64,000 nucleotides of DNA from a virus (taxonomy: Duplodnaviria; Caudoviricetes). The position numbers and the translations under genes are program-made. Location: positions 11,596-75,595 of IMG/VR virus record IMGVR_UViG_3300028591_000020, one strand, 5' to 3'. A model generated the notes under the pieces. That model saw nothing but the letters and a program-made list of their open reading frames with translations. It was not told the origin of the DNA and did not search any database. Of the stretch, positions 56,736 through 64,000 are shown one piece after another. Position 1 is the stretch's first letter, and the number at the start of each line of letters is the position of its first letter.

Positions 56736-57401
56736 ATGGATCCGTACTACTCAAGAAGTGAGGTCAGTAACTCTGACCTTACTTCGCTCAAACTCAAGCT
56801 CTATCCGCAACTTGATTTCGTCAAGCCAAAGGATAAGAAGAAAGCGTTCCACCTTGGTACGCTCGTTGATGGGCTTGTCACTGAGCCAAAGAATTGCAAT
56901 CACTTCCGCTATCTTGTTGGTGACGAGAAGTACACCAAAGAAGAATGGGAGTGGGGAAAGAAACAGCTCGAAAAGCTACGTCATGCAGCAAAGAAAGACC
57001 CATTCCTTGCATACGTCCTCGCTAATGCAGACGGTCAGAAATGGTTTGCTACTGAGTCACAGCATTTCGATGTTGGCTGTTATTCCTTCGACCTCGCTAC
57101 GCGCTGCAAATTCGACTGGTGGCTGGGTAACTTTGGTGGCGACCTCAAAACTACCGTTGCTACGTCTCAGGACCAGTTTGAAAAGTGCATCGACTACTTT
57201 GAGTGGGACAGAAGCCGTGCATGGTACATGGACCTAACCCATTCTATCAATCCTCTTTGGGGTAATCAAGATTTCATCTATGCCATATCAAAGACTGCCA
57301 ACAAGGTATTCTACAAAAAGATTATCCGTGGTGACGAACTCTATGAACGTGGCAAGGAAAAGTATCTTGAACTGGCCTTTAAGTATTGGTTATTCGTTTA
57401 G
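56736..57401 (+). CDS. PD-(D/E)XK exonuclease (ExoVIII/DUF3799-like)
   Basis: YYSRSEVSNSDL, CKFD, GGDLKT. Confidence 0.75.
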   Translation: MDPYYSRSEVSNSDLTSLKLKLYPQLDFVKPKDKKKAFHLGTLVDGLVTEPKNCNHFRYLVGDEKYTKEEWEWGKKQLEKLRHAAKKDPFLAYVLANADGQKWFATESQHFDVGCYSFDLATRCKFDWWLGNFGGDLKTTVATSQDQFEKCIDYFEWDRSRAWYMDLTHSINPLWGNQDFIYAISKTANKVFYKKIIRGDELYERGKEKYLELAFKYWLFV

Positions 57402-57458
57402 TCTCTCGCTGGGCGGTCATCCCGTCCAGTACTCACAAACCCTTTAAACAAAAGTATT

Positions 57459-58853
57459 ATGCCAAAGTACAAACCGTACAGTTATCAAGAAGAGGGTATC
57501 AAGAAAACCCTCGAAATGAAACGTTGCATCAATGGCGACGAAATGGGTTTGGGAAAGACAGGTCAGGCGATTGTCTCAGTAGAAAGAGCACACGCCACAC
57601 CATGCCTGGTGATTTGTCCTGCCTCTCTCAAAATCAACTGGCAGCGTGAGGTAGAGAACTTTACCGACCTACGGCCTCTCATTCTCACCGATGCCATCAA
57701 AGCGACATTTCCCTATTTCATAGGGCAGATGAATCTCTACGATGTCGTTATCGTCAACTACGAATCTCTCAAGAAGTATTTCGTGGTCAAGGCTGATAAG
57801 GGTGCCAAACTCAAAGACATCATCTTTCAGAATGTTATCAAGCAATTCAAGTCTGTCATCATCGACGAGTCACACCGCTGCAAGAATCCATCAACGGCAA
57901 CAGCCCGTTTCTGTATGGGAATATGTAACGGCAAAGAGCATATCAATATGCTTACCGGTACACCTGTTGTCAATGACACACTCGACCTTGCAACACAACT
58001 CTGCATCCTTGGGCGTATAGATGATTTTGGCGGCTACCGTAACTTTGTCAATACCTACGGTGACGGCAAGCATCTGGAAGAGCTGAATGCCATCCTTCAC
58101 AACTCATGCTATTTCCGTCGTGGAAAGAAGGAAGTACTCAAAGACCTTCCAGACCTCACACGCTCAAAGGTTATAACTGAGCTGTCAAACCAAGAGGAAT
58201 ACGATATGTGCGAGAATGATCTTCGCTCATATCTACAGGAATACAAGAAACTAACCGACTCCGAGGTACGCAAGAAGATGCGTATGCAGGCTTTGGTGAA
58301 GTTTATGAATCTCAGAAAGATTGCAGGCCAAGGTAAGGTAGATGCCGCCATCAGCTTCATACAGGACTCCACTGAGCCTATCGTGGTGTTCGCTGAGCAT
58401 CATGACATCGTAGATAGTTTAGTGGAAGCTATACCCGATGCCGTTTGTGTTACAGGCCGTCAGAATGCCGTACAGAAACAGGCCGCTATCGACGCTTTCC
58501 AAGCTGGCGAACGTCGTGTTATCATATGCTCCATCAAAGCAGCAGGCGTTGGCCTCACACTCACAGCATCGTCAAATGTGCTATTCGTTAATCTGCCGTG
58601 GACCATGGCCGACCTCTCTCAGTGTGAGGCTCGTTGTCATCGTAACGGTCAGAAGAATGCCGTCAACTCATGGATTCTCATTGGCAACCGTGGTGAACTT
58701 GAAACCATCGACTCCTATCTCTTCTATCTGATAATGAAGAAGGGTTCAATGGCCAACAAGATAACTGGTGCCGTTGACGATGCACTAAAAGATGAACACT
58801 ACTTCGATGAACTCGCAGACTTGTTTATTAATGGAATCAAAGAAGGTAAGTAA
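57459..58853 (+). CDS. SNF2/HARP-like superfamily 2 helicase
   Basis: GDEMGLGKT, IIDESH, LTGTP, AAGVGLTL, QCEARCHRNGQ. Confidence 0.9.
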   Translation: MPKYKPYSYQEEGIKKTLEMKRCINGDEMGLGKTGQAIVSVERAHATPCLVICPASLKINWQREVENFTDLRPLILTDAIKATFPYFIGQMNLYDVVIVNYESLKKYFVVKADKGAKLKDIIFQNVIKQFKSVIIDESHRCKNPSTATARFCMGICNGKEHINMLTGTPVVNDTLDLATQLCILGRIDDFGGYRNFVNTYGDGKHLEELNAILHNSCYFRRGKKEVLKDLPDLTRSKVITELSNQEEYDMCENDLRSYLQEYKKLTDSEVRKKMRMQALVKFMNLRKIAGQGKVDAAISFIQDSTEPIVVFAEHHDIVDSLVEAIPDAVCVTGRQNAVQKQAAIDAFQAGERRVIICSIKAAGVGLTLTASSNVLFVNLPWTMADLSQCEARCHRNGQKNAVNSWILIGNRGELETIDSYLFYLIMKKGSMANKITGAVDDALKDEHYFDELADLFINGIKEGK

Positions 58854-58874
58854 TAATTTTAAATCATAAGTAAC

Positions 58875-59309
58875 ATGGAATTAACTGGCACAATTATCGC
58901 TATTATGCCTGCAAAGTCAGGTGTATCAGCACGCACGGGCAATCCGTGGATGACTCAGGAATATGTGATTGAAGTTCCTGGGCAGTACCCAAAGAAATGT
59001 GCGTTCTCTATCTTTGGTGAGGACCGCATTAAACAGTTCAATCTCCAACCAGGAGAGCAGAACGTTACCATTCAGTTCGACATCGACGCAAGGGAGTACC
59101 AAGGTCGTTACTACAACGATATTCGTTGCTATAACGTTCTGAGAGCAAACCAGCAAGCCGCTGCACCTGCTGCCGCACCAGCTCCACAGCAGACTGATAT
59201 GTTTGCAGACCAAGGCCAACAGCAGGCTCCAGCTCAGAATCAGAATCCCTTCCCACCTGCCGCTGATGGTCAACAGGAAGGAGAGAATAACGACGATCTG
59301 CCCTTCTGA
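58875..59309 (+). CDS. ssb: Single-stranded DNA-binding protein (DUF3127-type)
   Basis: OB-fold motifs, Gln/Pro-rich linker, DDLPF tail. Confidence 0.85.
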   Translation: MELTGTIIAIMPAKSGVSARTGNPWMTQEYVIEVPGQYPKKCAFSIFGEDRIKQFNLQPGEQNVTIQFDIDAREYQGRYYNDIRCYNVLRANQQAAAPAAAPAPQQTDMFADQGQQQAPAQNQNPFPPAADGQQEGENNDDLPF

Positions 59310-59311
59310 TT

Positions 59312-59749
59312 ATGAAGCTGCTACTCAAAAACACTCGCGAAGGTCTGAAACCAATGTATGATGATGACTACGACGAGAAAAAGAAGCTCAAGATAGGTGA
59401 GGTGTACGAGGCAACAATCAAACAGCCTCGTAACCTTTCCTTTCACCGCAAGTACTTCGCACTCCTGCGTTGTTCTTGGGAATATCTTAACGAGCAGCAG
59501 CAATCCTTCTTCAAAAATGATTTAGAGGTATTCAGAAAGTCCCTCGAAGTTACTGCCGGATGGTGCGAGCCTCTGTATAATATTCACTCAAATGAATGGT
59601 TCCACGCTCCTAAATCCATCAGTTTCGAGAAGATGAATGAGACAGAGTTCAACACATTATATAATAATGTACGCGATATACTCTTCAAGGCTATCATCCC
59701 TAATATCTCGAAGGAGGAATTTGAACGTAACTTGGTAAACTTTTTATAG
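59312..59749 (+). CDS. NinB/DUF1367-like protein
   Basis: RNLSFHRKYFALL and PKSISFEKMNETEF. Confidence 0.75.
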   Translation: MKLLLKNTREGLKPMYDDDYDEKKKLKIGEVYEATIKQPRNLSFHRKYFALLRCSWEYLNEQQQSFFKNDLEVFRKSLEVTAGWCEPLYNIHSNEWFHAPKSISFEKMNETEFNTLYNNVRDILFKAIIPNISKEEFERNLVNFL

Positions 59750-59757
59750 TATTGTGT

Positions 59758-60627
59758 ATGTGCGAAGGATTCAAACAAATCTCCAACGACTTCTTTAAAA
59801 GCGACTATTGGCGTCAATCCCGTACTTATAATGATTGCGAAGCTCTACTTGATATTATCAATCAAGTGAGATTTGAGGCATCTGAGCATACTGCTCGTAT
59901 CGGAGGTCGCGAAGTAACGTGGGGTCAGGCACAGTGGCCTGCATCTGTTCGATTTCTTGCTGCACGGTGGCACTGGACGGAATGGAGAGTAAGAAAATTC
60001 CTTTCAGGTTTGAAAAGAAAAGGTGTTATTGATACAGCCGATGACCAAGGCGTAAATATGATTACGCTAAAGAAGTATCTAATCTTCAAGTCAGAGGAAT
60101 CTCACACACCAACTCACACACTTAACGATGTGGAAATCAGCGAGTTAGCTAAAAAGCTCACACAGCAAATCACACAGCAAGAAGCAGGCTCACACACCGC
60201 TCACACAAAACATAATAATGGAAAGAATAAAAGAGATTCTTCACTACGTTCAGAATCTACTCTGTTCGATATGGAAGAAGAATTTCCATTCTCAGATTTT
60301 TGGGAACTTTATGATAAAAAGGTTGGAAAATCTGATTGTCAGAAAGTGTATGCCAAAATCTCCCTTAAAGACAGAAAAGCTATATTTGATTATCTGCCCA
60401 AATATTTAGAGGCAACAACTGTAAAGCAGTTTCGAAAGAACCCGCTTACATTCCTGCATCAGCGTGCTTGGGAAGATGAAATAATAATCAGAAATCAGAA
60501 TGAAACAACCTCAGCTGCTACAGGTAGTCGGGCAGCAGGTGCTCCAACAAACGAGCAACTTGTCAACGACACCTACGACCTCATTAATGAAGCCAGAGCA
60601 AGGGAAAATATTGACGATTCTTTCTAA
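59758..60627 (+). CDS. Replication initiator (lambda O / DnaD-like) containing origin iterons
   Basis: N-terminal wHTH (SVRFLAARWHWTEWRVRKFL); C-terminal FSDFWELYDKKVGK...NPLTFL; internal TCACACA repeats. Confidence 0.8.
   Translation: MCEGFKQISNDFFKSDYWRQSRTYNDCEALLDIINQVRFEASEHTARIGGREVTWGQAQWPASVRFLAARWHWTEWRVRKFLSGLKRKGVIDTADDQGVNMITLKKYLIFKSEESHTPTHTLNDVEISELAKKLTQQITQQEAGSHTAHTKHNNGKNKRDSSLRSESTLFDMEEEFPFSDFWELYDKKVGKSDCQKVYAKISLKDRKAIFDYLPKYLEATTVKQFRKNPLTFLHQRAWEDEIIIRNQNETTSAATGSRAAGAPTNEQLVNDTYDLINEARARENIDDSF
60102..60207 (+). repeat. Origin iterons TCACACA x6 inside the initiator gene
   Basis: Copies at 60102, 60114, 60158, 60170, 60190 and 60201. Confidence 0.8.
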
Positions 60628-61141
60628 GTTTGGTGATAGAGACCAGTTCTTGGCAAGAGTCAACCCTAAAACTCAGGCTTCATTTGCTCTGAAAAAGGAG
60701 AAAGCCATTATGGGTGACTATCCTACGCTGACGGATATTTGTCTGGCGTATGGCAAAACATTCTCCTTTCAGTGGCTATGCCCTCAGATTGTGGACTTGT
60801 CAAAGTTCACAGGTGCCAAGAATCTCGACAAAGAACAGGTGGAAGGCCTCGCAACTATCATAGCTGCAGAATATCACTACCTGAAAGTTACTGAGCTTCT
60901 TCTCTTCTTCTACTATTTCAAGACAGGCCGTTATGGTCGTTTCTATGGCTCCGTTGATCCAATGGTGATAACCTGCGCTCTACGAGATTTTATCAAAGAG
61001 CGTAACATCTTCATTGACCAGTATGAGCGAGAGCAGAATAACCTACAGCGAGAATTGAACAAACAAGGTGCAATAACTCGCGAGCAATGGCTTGAGCAAA
61101 AGAAACAACTTAGTCTGGAAAACAAAAATGAGCAAGAATGA
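60611..61141 (+). CDS. Replication accessory protein following the initiator (start uncertain)
   Basis: YLKVTELLLFFYYFKTGRYGRFYGSVDPMVIT motif common in Bacteroidota phages. Confidence 0.65.
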   Translation: MTILSKFGDRDQFLARVNPKTQASFALKKEKAIMGDYPTLTDICLAYGKTFSFQWLCPQIVDLSKFTGAKNLDKEQVEGLATIIAAEYHYLKVTELLLFFYYFKTGRYGRFYGSVDPMVITCALRDFIKERNIFIDQYEREQNNLQRELNKQGAITREQWLEQKKQLSLENKNEQE

Positions 61142-61403
61142 TACTCTTTGTCAGCATGGAGATAAGATGATAAACATGAAGTATCTCCCTCAGTGGAATG
61201 ATGATAACATGCCGTCCATGTCTGACAACAGCTCTATGGAAGAGGAAAAGCGTTTTTGGCCGGACGAACAGCCGTTAGACGCTAATCAGATTGACGATTA
61301 CGACAGCTTCAAGTCTGTGCCAGTTCTTGACAGGAACGGCAATATTATAGGCGAGAAGATGGTGCCTGCAAGAAGAAAACGTAAACCAAAGAAAAATGAA
61401 TAA
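61128..61403 (+). CDS. Hypothetical protein
   Basis: 91 aa, coupled to neighbours. Confidence 0.5.
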   Translation: MSKNDTLCQHGDKMINMKYLPQWNDDNMPSMSDNSSMEEEKRFWPDEQPLDANQIDDYDSFKSVPVLDRNGNIIGEKMVPARRKRKPKKNE

Positions 61404-63105
61404 CATCAAACTACTCTACATTGACCTCTTCTGTGGTGCTGGTGGCACTTCCACAGGAGTTGAGTATGCACAGCTCAATGGAGAAAAATGTGCGAAGGTG
61501 ATAGCGTGTGTTAATCATGACGCTAACGCTATCTTATCCCATCAGGCAAACCATCCTGATACGCTACATTTTACTGAGGATATTCGGACGCTGAATCTTA
61601 CACCGCTCGTTGAGCATCTACAGAAGATGAAGAAACAATATCCTAACGCTTTGGTGGTCCTGTGGGCTTCACTCGAATGTACCAATTTCAGCCGTGCCAA
61701 AGGTGGACAGCCTCGCGACGCTGATTCCAGGACGCTTGCAGAGCATCTTTTCAGATATATCGAAGCAATCCGTCCTAACTGGATTCAGATTGAAAACGTC
61801 GAGGAATTTATGATGTGGGGTGAACTTGACGAAAACGGCAAGCCTGTATCAAAAGACCAAGGCTCTGATTATCTTCGCTGGGTACGTAAGGTACAAAGTT
61901 ACGGCTACAATTTCGATTGGCGCATTCTGAATGCAGCAGATTTTGGAGCATACACCTCGCGCAAGCGTTTCTTTGGTCAGTTCGCTCAAAAAGGATTGCC
62001 TATCTCGTTCCCTATTCCAACCTACGCCAAGAATGGTGATGAAGGTGGAATGTTCTCTTGTTATCATAAGTGGAAACCTGTGCGTGAAGTGCTTGATTTC
62101 TCAGATGAAGGCGAGTCTATCTTTGGACGAAAGAAGCCTTTGTGCGAGAAAACACTGGAACGTATCTATGCAGGACTGATAAAGTTTGTAGCCGGAATGT
62201 CTCAGAAAGATTTTTCAGCCTTTATCGTGAAGTATAATTCCATGAACAAAAGTGGTCATTATGTTGCTCCTTCTATCGACGAGCCATGTCCTACGGTTGC
62301 CTGTCAGAATCGTCTTGGTATTGCACAAGTATCTTTCCTGTCGAAATATTATGGTGGTAAAGACCATAACGTATCAATTGAAACTCCTGCAGGAACAGTT
62401 ACAGCAAAAGATCATCATGCGCTCGTTGGTGCTGAGTTCCTGGATATTTATTATGGAAACGGATTCAATACTTCAATCAACGACCCTTCACCAACTATAC
62501 CGACCAAGGATAGAATCTCGCTCGTTCGCTGTTTCATTGATAACCAGTACGGCAATGGTACACCATCATCAGTGACACAGCCTTGTCCGACTATTCCTAC
62601 AAATCCAAAACAGTCAGTAGTTCATGTGAAGCCTTGGGTGATGAATACGAATTTTAACAATGTAGGAAGTTCGGTTGAAGAGCCTTGTCAGACTATAACA
62701 GCTAACAGAAAGTGGCACTACCTGATGAATCCACAATTTGCGTCAAAGGGTGGTAGCGTGGATAAACCTTGTTTCACATTGATAGCACGTATGGATAAGA
62801 TGCCGCCATATCTCGTATGTACTGAACGTGGAGAGGTGGGTATTGCTATCTACGAAGATGACTCTCCGATGACTCGCAAAATCAAGGAGTTTATGGCTAT
62901 CTATCGTATCATTGATATTAAGATGCGGATGCTCAAGGTGTCAGAACTCAAAAAGATTATGGGATTCCCTGAGAACTATATTCTTGTTGGCACTCAGTCA
63001 GAGCAGAAGAAATTTATAGGCAATGCTGTTGAAGTTAACATGAGTCGTGTTCTTTGTGAAGCACTCTGTCAGAAACTTTCTAATATTATTAACATAGCAG
63101 TTTAA
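61396..63105 (+). CDS. dcm: C5-cytosine DNA methyltransferase with repeated variable region
   Basis: IDLFCGAGG (motif I), SLECTNFS (IV), IENV (VI), RKRFF (VIII), IGNAV (X). Confidence 0.9.
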   Translation: MNNIKLLYIDLFCGAGGTSTGVEYAQLNGEKCAKVIACVNHDANAILSHQANHPDTLHFTEDIRTLNLTPLVEHLQKMKKQYPNALVVLWASLECTNFSRAKGGQPRDADSRTLAEHLFRYIEAIRPNWIQIENVEEFMMWGELDENGKPVSKDQGSDYLRWVRKVQSYGYNFDWRILNAADFGAYTSRKRFFGQFAQKGLPISFPIPTYAKNGDEGGMFSCYHKWKPVREVLDFSDEGESIFGRKKPLCEKTLERIYAGLIKFVAGMSQKDFSAFIVKYNSMNKSGHYVAPSIDEPCPTVACQNRLGIAQVSFLSKYYGGKDHNVSIETPAGTVTAKDHHALVGAEFLDIYYGNGFNTSINDPSPTIPTKDRISLVRCFIDNQYGNGTPSSVTQPCPTIPTNPKQSVVHVKPWVMNTNFNNVGSSVEEPCQTITANRKWHYLMNPQFASKGGSVDKPCFTLIARMDKMPPYLVCTERGEVGIAIYEDDSPMTRKIKEFMAIYRIIDIKMRMLKVSELKKIMGFPENYILVGTQSEQKKFIGNAVEVNMSRVLCEALCQKLSNIINIAV

Positions 63106-63121
63106 TTAAATCTTTACTAAC

Positions 63122-63919
63122 ATGAATCAGAATCAAGATTTAAAAATGCAACTGTTGAAGCAGTTTGGCATTAGTGACGAACCAAAGACTATAGACTTCT
63201 GTCGTGAAGCCTATAAGTTCCTTGTTGAAGGTGACACTATGAAACTTGTCGGTTACGACGAGAATGGTGCACCTATCATCGAAAAGACATCGTTCTCTCC
63301 TTACGATACAACTCCAAAGGAGATAACAGCTGTTGACCTTGGACTCCCGTCCGGTACTCTGTGGGCTGACCGTAACCTTGGTGCCAAATCTCCATCAGAC
63401 TACGGTGCTTTCGTATCATGGGGTAATACTGACTTGCATTTTCCCGACAAAGGAGATGTTGATTGGGGTGATAACGATAACGCCTTCAAAGACTACGAGT
63501 TTAGCTCTGACGAATACGAAGACACTCCAGGAGCAAAGCTCAAAGGAGATATTGACCTCGAACATGACGCAGCGCACGTTAACCTTGGTGGTGACTGGCG
63601 TATGCCTACCAAAGAGCAATTCCAGGAACTCTATGATAACTGCAGATGGATTCGTTCTACAGTTAATGGTGTTAACGGCTATCTCGTAGTTTCTAAGATA
63701 AATAAAGCATCCATTTTCTTCGCTTGCTCTGGCAACGGCTACGGCTCGTCTTGGTACACTCGCGGCTCGCACGGCAGCTACTGGTCTGCATCGTTCGGCT
63801 CGGCTGTCAGTGCTCGGCGCTTGTACTTCTACTCTGGTGGTGTCCATCCGCAGAGCAACAACTACCGGTACTACGGGTTCGCTGTTCGCCCTGTTCAGAA
63901 TATCGTTACCAAGAAATAA
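63122..63919 (+). CDS. C-type-lectin-fold (DUF1566/Fib_succ-like) protein, probable DGR target
   Basis: AVDLGLPSGTLWADRNLGA, WRMPT and C-terminal YWSAS...YYGFAVRPV variable region. Confidence 0.8.
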   Translation: MNQNQDLKMQLLKQFGISDEPKTIDFCREAYKFLVEGDTMKLVGYDENGAPIIEKTSFSPYDTTPKEITAVDLGLPSGTLWADRNLGAKSPSDYGAFVSWGNTDLHFPDKGDVDWGDNDNAFKDYEFSSDEYEDTPGAKLKGDIDLEHDAAHVNLGGDWRMPTKEQFQELYDNCRWIRSTVNGVNGYLVVSKINKASIFFACSGNGYGSSWYTRGSHGSYWSASFGSAVSARRLYFYSGGVHPQSNNYRYYGFAVRPVQNIVTKK

Positions 63920-63928
63920 CCAAACACT

Positions 63929-63976
63929 CGGCTCTGCCAACAAGCCGTTCCACAAGAACGGCCCAAGGCAGAGTCG
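63929..63976 (+). other. Nested stem-loop downstream of the DGR variable region
   Basis: GCCGTTC-CACAA-GAACGGC inside CGGCTCTGCC/GGCAGAGTCG. Confidence 0.7.
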
Positions 63977-64000
63977 CATATTATAGACGATATGAAATTC

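Larger units (their letters stand above)
1..64000. mobile_element. Temperate tailed phage of Bacteroidales (partial genome, excised/attP form)
   Basis: Head, tail, terminase, portal, integrase, repressor and replication modules are all present; no host housekeeping genes; attP core lies internally at 48740-48782. Confidence 0.95.

Noticed and set aside
1-63700. DGR template repeat, reverse transcriptase or lysis genes inside the window
   Set aside because: No second copy of the 63716-63898 region, no YxDD RT ORF and no recognisable endolysin or holin were seen; probably outside the window.
1-64000. Stop-codon reassignment (TAG/TGA recoding as in some gut phages)
   Set aside because: Long genes are intact under the standard code, and TAA, TAG and TGA all serve as stops at clean gene boundaries.

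Overview
The window is 64 kb of a temperate long-tailed dsDNA phage of a Bacteroidales (Prevotella/Bacteroides-like) host. The host inference rests on TAnnTTTG -7 promoter boxes, A-rich leaders and an attP copy of the 3' half of a tRNA-Gly(CCC). An intact internal attP implies the excised or virion form. Layout from left to right: (1) leftward tail and head operon, 1-23.5 kb, including a >1075-aa tail fibre ORF cut by the left edge and missing from the ORF track; (2) tRNA-Met; (3) a rightward TerL-portal-TerS-like block; (4) a leftward RuvC/SF3-helicase operon; (5) a ~1 kb AT-rich divergent control region; (6) a rightward array of small early genes with ArdC, RadC/JAB and a PRTase; (7) two tyrosine recombinases and attP; (8) the immunity switch; (9) an RNA-structure cluster; (10) recombination/replication genes, a C5-methyltransferase and a probable DGR target gene at the right edge. 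The most unusual observations are: two tRNA-shaped RNAs with replaced anticodon arms (one has a 43-nt loop) and a shared non-canonical T-loop; 18 AGTCT-hairpin-AACC modules punctuating the early gene array next to a stand-alone tyrosine recombinase; a one-strand AGTACGA array in a probable large ncRNA; a duplicate of the replication-origin iteron array 14 kb from the initiator gene; and a phage protein carrying a segment resembling the Bacteroidota RpoB insertion. All family assignments come from motif recognition by eye; no searches were run.
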